This document shows, one piece after another, positions 33,791-43,842 of a DNA stretch of 64,000 bases (position 1 is the stretch's first letter; each line of letters opens with the position of its first letter). Position numbers and translations under genes: made by a program. The notes under the pieces are model-generated. The model was not told the DNA's origin. It searched no databases and was given only the letters and a program-made list of their open reading frames with translations. Source of the DNA: a virus (Duplodnaviria > Caudoviricetes); IMG/VR virus record IMGVR_UViG_3300028804_000003, positions 1 through 64,000 of that record; one strand, given 5' to 3'.

Positions 33791-35008
33791 TTAAGATGTC
33801 ACAGCTTGGACTTCTTCGATCCAGATGAAGCTACCCGCCGCCACGGACATGGAGCCCGCAGCAGTACGGGCGCGGAAATCGAATGTGTCACCAGCCGTGA
33901 CCTCGATGATTCCAGACGCACCGTGCAGACATTCCACGCTGGCGTTTGTCTGAGCGTTGTAAGGCATCTGCTGGAACTCAGCACCATTCTTGAAGATGCC
34001 GAAGCCCCACGCGGAGCCGAGAGTGTTGGTGCTTTTGATGAAGAAGCCGAGTCGAATTTTCGTAACACCGGAAGGCACCGTGAAGTGGTCCTGACCAGCG
34101 GTGTACCATCCGCCCACGTCTGCGAACTCCGTGCTCGGAGACACCGACTGGAATGTAGAGCCGGACGCCACGGCCACGCTGCTGCCGAACTCGGCTATGG
34201 CGTACTGGATACCAGACGGAAGCTCTTCGATAGAGTACCACGTATTGGCATCCACCTTCATTGTAGTAGCTGACTGGGTGCGTACAGACAGGGACGCCGT
34301 GTCGCTAGTGGTCAGCGACAGCGGAGGACTGAAGATGCTGAGGGCACCACCGGCTGAGTTATCACACTCCATGTTGCCGGGGTCAGCCGAGGTGGACAGT
34401 GTCAGGCCCATTTCCGTGCCGGGAGCAGTGCACTCCAGACCAGCTTGGATTCGGAACTTGCCACTGCGACCAGACGGGATAGTGAACACCGTGGGCGATC
34501 CCGTGGTGAAGTATCCGTCAGTGTCATATACCTCGTTGTTCCACTCGCATGTGGTATACGCGGTGCCAACACTGAATGTGCTGGTGCGGTTAGCCATGGC
34601 TCCACTGAAGCTGGAGGACAGCACCTCCATGTACTTCCAGCTTCCGTTCGTATTGTTGACCGGGCCGGACATAGTGAATGCGTCACCAGTGGTCACTACG
34701 GTGGGAGCAGAGTGACCTGTCGCACCGCCGGGATTGTTGGTTACGCCCGATCCAAAATACTCAGCAGCACCATCGAACTGCGCCCCACCCTTATTCATCG
34801 TTACCTTGAGCGAAGTAGAGTTGGAGGACGTGCGCCCGCCCGCCCCGACACGGACATACCGACCGTTCCAAGCCGCAGGCACGGTGAAGGTGCCCGCAGA
34901 GTGGAGCCCACCTGCATCCGAAATATCCGCATCCGCACCATCTGCTGTGGCGTACTGATAGAAGGACGCCCCGGCAGCATAGCGATAGGGGTTGATGATG
35001 AAACTCAT
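33791..35008 (-). CDS. receptor-binding/fibre protein with tandem jelly-roll (C1q-like) domains
   Basis: Repeated D..G....FT(V/I)P(S/A)G pattern three times; follows the long fibre gene. Confidence 0.6.
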   Translation of the reverse strand: MSFIINPYRYAAGASFYQYATADGADADISDAGGLHSAGTFTVPAAWNGRYVRVGAGGRTSSNSTSLKVTMNKGGAQFDGAAEYFGSGVTNNPGGATGHSAPTVVTTGDAFTMSGPVNNTNGSWKYMEVLSSSFSGAMANRTSTFSVGTAYTTCEWNNEVYDTDGYFTTGSPTVFTIPSGRSGKFRIQAGLECTAPGTEMGLTLSTSADPGNMECDNSAGGALSIFSPPLSLTTSDTASLSVRTQSATTMKVDANTWYSIEELPSGIQYAIAEFGSSVAVASGSTFQSVSPSTEFADVGGWYTAGQDHFTVPSGVTKIRLGFFIKSTNTLGSAWGFGIFKNGAEFQQMPYNAQTNASVECLHGASGIIEVTAGDTFDFRARTAAGSMSVAAGSFIWIEEVQAVTS

Positions 35009-35014
35009 GTGTCG

Positions 35015-38000
35015 TCACCCATTCGTCGGATAGCCAATCAGGTACACCTTCAGACCAGCGCCCGCAATGGTGGAGCCCACTGCGTCGATGTCGATGGTGA
35101 TTTCCGCATCGTCGGCCAGCGAGGAGTCCGAGATGACACGCGGCGTGGCTGCCGTGGTCGTGGTTTTCTCGGAAGCATCGAAGGTCAGCTTGGTCGAGAG
35201 GATCGTAGAGCCCGACTCGTTCACGTCCACGGTGAGCAAAGTGCCGCCCGTGGGAGCCGTGGTGACCGAAGCGCGAATGTCCGTCAGCGTGAAGGCGAAC
35301 GGCATGCGGAAGGTCGTCTTGGCCGTGCCCGTGGTCAGGGACGTGGTCTCATCCGAAACTGCGATGGCGATGACCTGAGTCGTCGGAACGACAGGCTTGC
35401 CATTCGCACGGAAGTATCGGACATAGACGTTGTCACCGTTGTCCTGAGTCACATAGGCCATGTCACCGGCAGCCGTGGTGATGTTCGCGCCACCCGGCAA
35501 CACGAGGGTCGTGGCATTGTGCGTCAGCGTGAGCGCACCATCGAAGATGAGCCATGCACCACGACCATCCTTGGCCGTACCGAAGTCGATGTCCGTGATC
35601 GTGGTCGTGCCGGTGATGTGGAACAGACCACCCTCACCGAGGCTCACCGTGGCCGCAGAGGCTACGTTGGAGCCCTTCTCCCACAGCGCGGCCAGTGCAT
35701 CCGGCGTGACACCCTTGGTCGTGTTGGTGCCAGCCAGCGCTTCCGTGGTGGACGCAGCAAGGAACGAACCACCACCGTCAATAGCAGTGCCATCGGCGCG
35801 CTGGTAGACCACGCAGTAGACATTGTCTGCGTTGTCCTGAATGAAGAGCGCGCGGTCGTTCGCGGCGGTCGTGATGTTGGCCGCACCCGGCAGAAGCAAG
35901 GTCGTAGCATTGTGAGTCAGAGTCAGGATGTCGTCAAAGACAACCCAAGCCCAACGACCATTCTTCGCGGTCGCCCAGTCGATGTCCGTGATCGTGGTCG
36001 TGCCGGTGATGTGGAAGTATCCACCTTCAGCGAACGTGACGGTAGCCGCCGAGGCGACATCTGCACCCTTCTCCCACAGAGCCGCAATCGCGTCAGCCGT
36101 GGCAGCCTTGGCCGTGTCGGTGCCGGTCAGGATTTCGGTCGTGCTGGTGAGTGAGATGCTGGACGACACAACAGCCGTGCCGTCCGCGCGCTGATACCAG
36201 ACGCAGATGACATTGTCGGAAGCATCCTGCACGAACATTGCACGATCACCGGCAGCGGTCGTGATGTTCGCATTACCCGGCAGCTTGAGGGTCGTGGCAT
36301 TGTGAGTCAGGGTCAGAATACCGTCGAAAATCACGATGGCTGGACGACCGTTCTTGGCGGTAGCCCAGTCGATGTCCGTGATGGTCGTGGTGCCGGTGAT
36401 GTGGAAGTACCCACCTTCACCAAGGCTTACAGTCGCGGCAGAGGCCACGTCAGAGCCCTTCTCCCACAGGGCAGCCAAGGAGTCCGGGGTGACCGCCACG
36501 GCCACGGAAGTGCCCGTCAAGGTCTGCGTGGTGGACGCGGCGGTGAACGAAGAGTTCACGAGAGGTGTACCATCGGCGCGCTGATACCAGACGCAGATGA
36601 CATTGTCTGACGCATCTTGCACGAAGCAAGCCGTGTCACCGGCAGCCGTGGTGATGCTGGCCGCACCCGGCAGCTTGAGAGTCGTAGCATTGTAGGTGAG
36701 GGTGAGTGCGCCGTCGAAAGTGACCATGGCCCAACGACCATTCTTCGCGGTGGCCCAGTCAATGTCCGTGATCGTGGTCGTGCCGGTGATGTGGAAGAAA
36801 CCACCCTCGGCAAAGGATACGGTGGCCGCAGAAGCCACGTCAGAGCCCTTCTCCCAAAGAGCAGCCAGTGCATCTGGAGTCACATAAGCCGCCGTGTCGG
36901 TGCCCTGCAAAGCCTCAGTAGTGGTGGCCGCAGTCAGTCCGGCAGATGCCACAATCGCAGTACCGTCCGCGCGCTGATACCAGACGCAATAGACATTGTC
37001 CGAGGAGTCCTGAATGAATGCAGCGCGGTCACCGGCAGCCGTGGTGATGTTCGCGCCACCCGGAAGGATCAAGCTCGTGGCATTATGAGTCAGTGTCAGG
37101 ATGCCATCGAATACGAGGATGGCTTCACGGCCATCAGTAGCCGTGGACCAATCAATATCCGTGATCGTGGTCGTGCCCGTCACATGGAAGTATCGGCCAT
37201 TGCCGATGGTGATGGTGGACGCGGACGCGATGTCAGAGCCCTTCTTCCACAGACTGGCGAGCTTGGCCGGATCGACCGCCTTGCTGGCCACAGTGCCCGT
37301 AAGAACTTGGGTGTTGGATGCGAAGGCAGTGGCGTTCTGGTTCAGCTTCTTGAAGACGAGCGCCGTGGAGCCAACCGTGATCGGGTTGTTCGTGGTGAGC
37401 ATCCACAGGGTATCCGGGTTCGCGGTGCCTTCCGTGACTGTGATGAGCACACCAGCATACACCTCGGTCGTGCCATCATCGAAATCGAGCGCACGATAGG
37501 GAGAAGCATCGACCACATACAGGCCGTTCTCTGACGGCGTGGTCTGATCTTTCAGGAACACCACATCATCCTGCGCAAGGGTCACACCATTGATAACATC
37601 ACCGGGATTGAGGGCGGTGGCAATCGTGACATTGGCCGTGGAACAGACGCGAGCCGTGATGGAAGTGTCACCGGGGATGATGACGGAGTCGGATTCGAAC
37701 ACGCGGCGAACGCCGGTCGCGGTCACGTAGATCGCGGCCAGCACACCATTCTTGACAACCACTTCTTCCGCCAGCGCATTGTCGGTGACAGTCAGGTCAG
37801 CGCCGAGGTCGTTGTCCACCATGACTACGCCGCGCTGGACGGCAGCCATCTTGAGCACGGGCGATCCACCCGAGGTGCCTGACATGATGAAGGTCTGGTT
37901 CTGACGAAGCTGTGCTGTAGTGAGAACCTTGAGGTTTTCACCAGACCAAGTGATGGTCAGTTCGGACGTGATCGCAGCATCGAGCACACCATCACTGTTG

Positions 38001-38065
38001 TTGATGGCAGTCTCTTTCTGCGTCTGCGACGAACTGACTTCCGTGCGACCAAGGTTGTTCGACAT
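35015..38065 (-). CDS. long fibre protein with five ~130-aa tandem repeats
   Basis: LAALWEKG..ASAATV..GG.FHITGTTTITDIDW..YQRADG repeated five times. Confidence 0.75.
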   Translation of the reverse strand: MSNNLGRTEVSSSQTQKETAINNSDGVLDAAITSELTITWSGENLKVLTTAQLRQNQTFIMSGTSGGSPVLKMAAVQRGVVMVDNDLGADLTVTDNALAEEVVVKNGVLAAIYVTATGVRRVFESDSVIIPGDTSITARVCSTANVTIATALNPGDVINGVTLAQDDVVFLKDQTTPSENGLYVVDASPYRALDFDDGTTEVYAGVLITVTEGTANPDTLWMLTTNNPITVGSTALVFKKLNQNATAFASNTQVLTGTVASKAVDPAKLASLWKKGSDIASASTITIGNGRYFHVTGTTTITDIDWSTATDGREAILVFDGILTLTHNATSLILPGGANITTAAGDRAAFIQDSSDNVYCVWYQRADGTAIVASAGLTAATTTEALQGTDTAAYVTPDALAALWEKGSDVASAATVSFAEGGFFHITGTTTITDIDWATAKNGRWAMVTFDGALTLTYNATTLKLPGAASITTAAGDTACFVQDASDNVICVWYQRADGTPLVNSSFTAASTTQTLTGTSVAVAVTPDSLAALWEKGSDVASAATVSLGEGGYFHITGTTTITDIDWATAKNGRPAIVIFDGILTLTHNATTLKLPGNANITTAAGDRAMFVQDASDNVICVWYQRADGTAVVSSSISLTSTTEILTGTDTAKAATADAIAALWEKGADVASAATVTFAEGGYFHITGTTTITDIDWATAKNGRWAWVVFDDILTLTHNATTLLLPGAANITTAANDRALFIQDNADNVYCVVYQRADGTAIDGGGSFLAASTTEALAGTNTTKGVTPDALAALWEKGSNVASAATVSLGEGGLFHITGTTTITDIDFGTAKDGRGAWLIFDGALTLTHNATTLVLPGGANITTAAGDMAYVTQDNGDNVYVRYFRANGKPVVPTTQVIAIAVSDETTSLTTGTAKTTFRMPFAFTLTDIRASVTTAPTGGTLLTVDVNESGSTILSTKLTFDASEKTTTTAATPRVISDSSLADDAEITIDIDAVGSTIAGAGLKVYLIGYPTNG
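35390..37340 (-). repeat. five ~390-bp tandem repeats within the fibre gene (boundaries approximate)
   Basis: GTGATCGTGGTCGTGCCGGTGATGTGGAA-like marker recurs at about 35595, 35988, 36378, 36768, 37162. Confidence 0.9.
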
Positions 38066-38074
38066 AGCTTCTCC

Positions 38075-41000
38075 TTACGTGTCCTCAATCAGAACTCGGG
38101 TCATGCGACCCGGCCCGTATCCGCTGCTTGCCCCTGACAAGCTCGTGGCCTGTTGTACCATGATGTCAAGGTGCTTGAAAGCCACAAAATCTGAGTAGCC
38201 CAGTTCGGCCACAATCTCATTATCCGTGGCGTTTGCCGTGATATAAGACCCCGGCTGCGTGGTGAAAGTGGAGCCTGAACTGGACAGGTTATCCGGCACG
38301 TCAAACTCATAGAGCAGAGCCGTGCGGATTTCCGAGGCCGTCAGAGTCAGACTGGTTGCCCCAGTAACCTCAAAGGTCACATCCGTGTTCGATATGAGAG
38401 TCGGACGCCACAGGCCACCGCTGAATGCCCACGTGTAATACGGCCAGCGGCGGATCGTGACGAGGTAGTTGTTCAGGTCATTGGCTGACAGAGTGTTCAC
38501 TTCAGTGCCATCACTGAGTTTGACTATCTTGCGATTGCGGCGAGACCAAGTGATCGTCAGGTCACCAGTACCCGCACCGATGTCTCGGGTAATAGTCGGC
38601 ACGGTAGGAGTCCACGGCAGTGCTGCATACCCCTGAATAGTGACGGACTTGGAACCGATGGATGCTTCCGCTTGTGAGGGACCAACTGCCTTATAGTTGA
38701 GCAAGGTTTCAATACGAGCATCGCTGACACCTGAAGCATCGGTGAAAAGCTCCCCGATGAGCACGAGCTTGTCACCTTCCTTGTGCAGGTCCACTGCATA
38801 GTCGGTGCTGTTACGAGCGCGCAACAGATTAGAAAGAGTGAAACTGCCATCGCTGTTTTCAGTGACCGTCATGAACTGGATGAGTTCCCACCTACCGTTC
38901 TTACCGAAGGCAGCCGTGTTTGATCCACGCAGCAAGTCATCCTCTGTGCAGCTTGCGAGCAGAGTGGCATCACCCGCAGTCACGATTACGGTCATGGTAT
39001 TCACAGTATCCGTTTGCAACAGGGAGTCCGGCGTGTCCGGCAGACTGGTTACGATGCATACGACACCTTCGTTAGTGTTAGCGGCCACTTCAGCATATGA
39101 AGTAGAGTCAACGAAAGAGAAGTAGGCGGCAGAACCGAGCCAAGAGGTCGTCTTGTTGATCGGACTGATGTGCATATACAACGGGAACTTACCCGTAGAG
39201 GTCATATCATGGCCAGCGTCAAGCAGAGGCACATCAAGAATGTAAAGCTCCCCACCAAGGTCATACGGGATCGCCTGAGTGTAACCGCCACCGGCATAGG
39301 CATTGAAGGACACTGCTTCGTCCGACTGGAAGCTAGTACCACGGACACCAATCGAGAAGTCGTTGTTGTAGGTGACCTCGGAAGCCTTCACGGTGTAAGT
39401 CAACTGGCCGATGATGACGGAGCCCACATCACCCGGTTCGACCTTGAAGAACTTCTGAGGCAGACGGAAGTCATAGGACACGCGCGAAGACCACGCCATC
39501 CAGAGCGCGCGGTTGGCGAGCGTCTTGGCTTCGGTCGCAGTCATAGCGATTGGAACTTCATAGGTGATCTGTTCGTTGGACCCGTTGGTCTCAATGAACT
39601 GCGAACGGGTGGCGATCTGCATGGACCACTGGTAGGACAGGGCCTTGTCCAGATAGCGCAGAAGCACACGCTGAGGCACAGCAATCTCTTCTTCACGGCG
39701 GAAGGTGAAGCTCACGGACTCCGGCTGCTGTGCGGATGCCAGCAATGTCTCACCATCGGCCACGTCGAAATCGGTACTGCTGTAGCCCACCGGCTTGCGC
39801 AAGAACTTCACCATACCATCAGACTCGATCACGTCGATACGATAGATGGCAGAGATGGCATTGATGACAGAGCGATAGGACGTGATCTGCGAGATGACCG
39901 CGCCGTCAATTTCATCATCAATCTCAGGGTCCACATAGATTTCCGAGATGAGGTAGCCAGCATAGAGTGCCATGCCTGTGATAAAGTCAGCCAGCGGCAT
40001 GCGGGCATCACTGAGGCGGTCGTAGTAGAACAGTGACAAGGCATTAGCCATGCTATCCGACTGACCCGTACCCGCTGCGCCGCCACCGCTGAACCCGATA
40101 GCAGCAAACATACGAATCTTGGAAGAGAACATGCGGGTGCTGCTGTCCACGTAGTATTGGCCGAAGGTATCCGTGAACGTGTTGATAGTCATGAAAGTCA
40201 GGTCAAGCTCATGTGTGCTGCCGTCATTGGTCGTCTGCCAAGACAGGTAGCCATTCGACATGTCATGCAAGAAGTTATACTTGTCATAAGCTGGCGGCAA
40301 CTTACCAGTCAGGTCCACGCTTCCACGTTCATCACCGGAGACATGGTACTTGTAGCACATGCCATTCGTCAGCATGACGATGTAGACCTCTTCCTCTTTG
40401 TAGTAGTAGAGGTTGTTAATGGTCGTCGGCATGGTCTTGAAAATGGACTTAGTGAACTTGCCGGGAAACTCACGGCTTGCACCCGGCTCAATCACGTACT
40501 CATAGATGATGTTGCCGTCCACACATGCCATGGTGGCGCTCGCAATCGGCGGCGGCAAAACTCTACCGGGACAAAACTGATCGTACTCGACACCTGATTC
40601 TACAAGCTCGATTTCGAAAACATCCGTACCTCCTTCGAGTCGCATTACAGCGAGGCCAGTGCCCGTATAGAAGGACTGCGCAAAGACGTAGGTATCAACC
40701 CCCTTCAATCCATAACTATACTGCGCTCCATAGAACTTCGGATAGTTCACGTAGCCCTGAGAATAGGGGATGAGGTCAGATGAAAGGGTATCACTGAATG
40801 GCAACACATGTGATCCCGTGAATCCGGTCCTTGCGCCAAGCCAGTTTACGACAGTGCCGCTGAGGGGATCAACCATGACAATAGGTTGCCTACCCAACCC
40901 ACCGCGAGCCATACCGAGAATCACATTGAGCCACGGGATGTAAGTCAGACCGTAGTCAGAGACGCTGGTAAACTGAAAACCCTTGGTATGAGTCAGGTCC

Positions 41001-41941
41001 GCAGTCGTCTTGTCTCCCACGTTGTTATCCCAACCAACACCGTCCCCAGTGTTCGCGTAGCTGGTGTTGATGAGAGTGCCTTCGATCATATCATACGTGC
41101 GAACAGTGCAGTCCGCATTGGTGGCACCATTAGTGACCGAGTAGTACATCATGCGGTCCCAGTCGGCAAATCCGAACGACTGCGAACGCGAACCAACATG
41201 GTCTGCCGAGGGATAGATATTGGTGACAGAGTACACGGATGCAGTAGCATCACCAATCTCAACAGAGATAGAGGGCGGGCGGTTACCCCATAGCGCTACG
41301 GGCAGGTCCTTGATGACCATATACATGAAGTCGCGGAATGCAGGCACCATGCCCGCTCCCATCTTGGCCTCAATGGTCGGGTCCGGCTCTTGCAACGGGT
41401 CAGCCGGATAGAAGGTGAAGTTGAAGCCTTGGATTTTCGTCTGGCCAGTTCCACGACGATCATAGATGAGGGAGCCATCGGCCCACACACGCAGAATATC
41501 ACGCTTGGTGGAGTCCGTGTTACCCGGCACACCAAAGGACACCGCATACGTTGCGAAATACTGGTACTCGGTAGTGGTCTGGTTAGGACCACCGGAGCCG
41601 CCCGACTTGGACTTCTTGATATTCTCACGCAGAGGAACCGCCCACAGAATGTTGCCGTACAGACGGCGCACACCGAACGTGATGGGGATCGGCATGCCGT
41701 ACAGGGAGAACGGGATGTTCAGGTCCTTCAGGCGCGGGCCGACAGTTTTCTTGTCGCCGTCAGCTTCCACGATGGAGTAGCCGGGAACGTAGCGGTCGTC
41801 TGGCGGGTCAATGACCTTGAAGTCGATGACATCATTGCCCCTTGGAACCCACCCGGTATAGGACGTGTCCATCTGAAGATCGAACAGGTCCCACCTATCG
41901 AACGTACTGCTATCATCAAAGATGGATGTCGAAATCGGCAT
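38075..41941 (-). CDS. central tail hub / host-specificity protein (Phage-tail_3, GTA-like)
   Basis: YGMPIPITFGVRRLYGNILW, RVWADG, VPAFR, WELIQF..NLLRAR. Confidence 0.85.
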   Translation of the reverse strand: MPISTSIFDDSSTFDRWDLFDLQMDTSYTGWVPRGNDVIDFKVIDPPDDRYVPGYSIVEADGDKKTVGPRLKDLNIPFSLYGMPIPITFGVRRLYGNILWAVPLRENIKKSKSGGSGGPNQTTTEYQYFATYAVSFGVPGNTDSTKRDILRVWADGSLIYDRRGTGQTKIQGFNFTFYPADPLQEPDPTIEAKMGAGMVPAFRDFMYMVIKDLPVALWGNRPPSISVEIGDATASVYSVTNIYPSADHVGSRSQSFGFADWDRMMYYSVTNGATNADCTVRTYDMIEGTLINTSYANTGDGVGWDNNVGDKTTADLTHTKGFQFTSVSDYGLTYIPWLNVILGMARGGLGRQPIVMVDPLSGTVVNWLGARTGFTGSHVLPFSDTLSSDLIPYSQGYVNYPKFYGAQYSYGLKGVDTYVFAQSFYTGTGLAVMRLEGGTDVFEIELVESGVEYDQFCPGRVLPPPIASATMACVDGNIIYEYVIEPGASREFPGKFTKSIFKTMPTTINNLYYYKEEEVYIVMLTNGMCYKYHVSGDERGSVDLTGKLPPAYDKYNFLHDMSNGYLSWQTTNDGSTHELDLTFMTINTFTDTFGQYYVDSSTRMFSSKIRMFAAIGFSGGGAAGTGQSDSMANALSLFYYDRLSDARMPLADFITGMALYAGYLISEIYVDPEIDDEIDGAVISQITSYRSVINAISAIYRIDVIESDGMVKFLRKPVGYSSTDFDVADGETLLASAQQPESVSFTFRREEEIAVPQRVLLRYLDKALSYQWSMQIATRSQFIETNGSNEQITYEVPIAMTATEAKTLANRALWMAWSSRVSYDFRLPQKFFKVEPGDVGSVIIGQLTYTVKASEVTYNNDFSIGVRGTSFQSDEAVSFNAYAGGGYTQAIPYDLGGELYILDVPLLDAGHDMTSTGKFPLYMHISPINKTTSWLGSAAYFSFVDSTSYAEVAANTNEGVVCIVTSLPDTPDSLLQTDTVNTMTVIVTAGDATLLASCTEDDLLRGSNTAAFGKNGRWELIQFMTVTENSDGSFTLSNLLRARNSTDYAVDLHKEGDKLVLIGELFTDASGVSDARIETLLNYKAVGPSQAEASIGSKSVTIQGYAALPWTPTVPTITRDIGAGTGDLTITWSRRNRKIVKLSDGTEVNTLSANDLNNYLVTIRRWPYYTWAFSGGLWRPTLISNTDVTFEVTGATSLTLTASEIRTALLYEFDVPDNLSSSGSTFTTQPGSYITANATDNEIVAELGYSDFVAFKHLDIMVQQATSLSGASSGYGPGRMTRVLIEDT

Positions 41942-41943
41942 GG

Positions 41944-42429
41944 CTATGAAAGTCCTTTGTACCTGAAGGCGGCGATCAACAACCTCTTTACCTCATCTGA
42001 TAGGTGTTCTTCAACCACCTTTCTAGCATCGACGCTGGCATGGATTATGGTCGGTCTGTTACCGATATGGCTGGCCATGACCACATGCTGAGGAAATATA
42101 GGGATTCGCATGACCAAGATGTCTGCGTCTCGAATATCCTTCATGTCCTTCAATCGGGTGCCGAAAGGTTCCAGTGCATCCATAAAATCGAAGTTCTTGG
42201 CCTGCCTACCATAGTCGAGAGAATCGTCATACTCGTGCAGTCCGAGTTCCCACCCGACCACCATTGGAAGGCCGAGGCAATCTATGCCATTCCTAGACCT
42301 ACCCTTATGCTTCCAAGGGGTGCCGATATAGGAACGGGCAAGCTGAAGGCACTGCTGCCGGATGTCGTCATGACTGGCCAGTTTGGAGGAAGTCGCTGAT
42401 GTAATCGGGTCCGGGGACAAAGGGCTCAC
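41944..42429 (-). CDS. NlpC/P60 tail peptidase (start codon uncertain)
   Basis: ARSYIGTPWKHKGR..GIDCLGL, PQHV, IIHA; nearest in-frame GTG at 42429. Confidence 0.8.
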   Translation of the reverse strand: MSPLSPDPITSATSSKLASHDDIRQQCLQLARSYIGTPWKHKGRSRNGIDCLGLPMVVGWELGLHEYDDSLDYGRQAKNFDFMDALEPFGTRLKDMKDIRDADILVMRIPIFPQHVVMASHIGNRPTIIHASVDARKVVEEHLSDEVKRLLIAAFRYKGLS

Positions 42430-43240
42430 CTCTGAAATTCTTGATGTTGCTGAACTTGACTCGGCATGTGTCCGGCGTCTTATCACAACCAGCCACCAAG
42501 TCAAATGTGTCCCCCACTTGAATATCATATGGCATCCTCAGTGCCAAGAACATAGAGTCCTCAACCACATCATATGCAAACTGGTTCAGGATTTCCATGG
42601 AGATACCAGTATTGTCCCCGCTCGTAAAGGTCATAACCCCGTGGGTGAAGAACCCATTGGCAAAGTCCGCGCCAAGTGTGGCTCTGATCTTACCCTGTGT
42701 CTCAACGGTCGTCACGGTTCCCGTGGTAGTGAATGCCGCCAGTGACACGGTGCATCGGGCATCCCCAAGGTCCGCACGGCACTGCGCAGAATAATACTCA
42801 CCTATGCGAGTGTCACCGCGCGTGAGCAGGCCACGGATTTCGAACTGGCCAGATCGGCGGTTGGTCACCGTCATGGTCGAGAGCAGGCCGGTGAGCAGGA
42901 TGATCTTGCCGTACTCGGGATGCTCGTAGTCCACCACGGCAAACTCCATGATGGCCTTGTCGTAGACACCGCGCGCAACATCCACTTCCGAGATTCCATT
43001 GTCGCTGAAGATCACATTGCAGTTGGTGGCCTGAATGCCGTTGTTGGCCGAGGACGTGATGGCCGCGACCGCGACCGAGTTGTCACGCACATAGGTGTTC
43101 CCACTGACCACCACATCCGTGTCGTGATCGGTAAGGCGCAAGATGGTGCCGTCCGTGCGTGTGATCGTCACGATGTGACACAGATTGGTGGTGCCGCTGC
43201 TGAGGCGGGTCTGAAGGCTTGAGTTTATCGTGCGGCTCAT
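42368..43240 (-). CDS. BR0599/DUF2163 conserved tail protein (TIGR02218-like)
   Basis: LRLTDHD, YSAQCRADLGDARC, AGCDK...C..KFSNIKNFRGEPFVPG. Confidence 0.9.
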   Translation of the reverse strand: MSRTINSSLQTRLSSGTTNLCHIVTITRTDGTILRLTDHDTDVVVSGNTYVRDNSVAVAAITSSANNGIQATNCNVIFSDNGISEVDVARGVYDKAIMEFAVVDYEHPEYGKIILLTGLLSTMTVTNRRSGQFEIRGLLTRGDTRIGEYYSAQCRADLGDARCTVSLAAFTTTGTVTTVETQGKIRATLGADFANGFFTHGVMTFTSGDNTGISMEILNQFAYDVVEDSMFLALRMPYDIQVGDTFDLVAGCDKTPDTCRVKFSNIKNFRGEPFVPGPDYISDFLQTGQS

Positions 43241-43842
43241 TCACGTACCTCTTCGATAGGAATGTTCGGGATCGAGCCCGCATTCCAGATTTCCATCTCG
43301 ACCTCCAATGCGTCAGAGGCGAAGTGACAAGGCACGTCGAAGGTGCCGGTCACAATGCGGATCGCATGGCCATTCGGTGGCGGGGACGTGAAGGTAATGA
43401 TCCCACCCGTGGTGATGGACCACGTCGAGTTCGAGACCACTGATCCATTCACGCTGATGGTCATGTCGGCGTCATCCACCGGGCGCGTGATCGGACGCGA
43501 GAAAGGCAGGATGTCGTCGTCATACTTGCGGATAGCTTGGAACGTGGTATCCGCCCCATCGCCGGTCCCGATGAGGTCGTTGTCGAACTGGTAGTCCGAC
43601 CAATCACGGAAGAGGAAGCCACGCAGACGACCGCGACGTGCATAGAAGAACTTGATGACATCGCGCAAATTATCCTTGGTCTGGATGCCATATCCGACCT
43701 GACCACGATAGAGCGGGTAGCTCCAATTCTGATTGGTCACGAGGCTGCCGCCGTCAGTACGATTCACAATCGTGCTGAACTGAGGACCGCCGCGCACACC
43801 GCGCTCGACATCAATTGGAAGCCTTACTGCATCAACGATCAT
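43237..43842 (-). CDS. DUF2460 distal tail protein (TIGR02217-like)
   Basis: GGPQFST, FFYARRGRLRGFLFRDWSD, FDVPCHF. Confidence 0.9.
   Translation of the reverse strand: MIVDAVRLPIDVERGVRGGPQFSTIVNRTDGGSLVTNQNWSYPLYRGQVGYGIQTKDNLRDVIKFFYARRGRLRGFLFRDWSDYQFDNDLIGTGDGADTTFQAIRKYDDDILPFSRPITRPVDDADMTISVNGSVVSNSTWSITTGGIITFTSPPPNGHAIRIVTGTFDVPCHFASDALEVEMEIWNAGSIPNIPIEEVRE

Noticed and set aside
33791-38065. Diversity-generating retroelement acting on the fibres
   Set aside because: No reverse transcriptase and no template/variable repeat pair with adenine-specific mismatches seen
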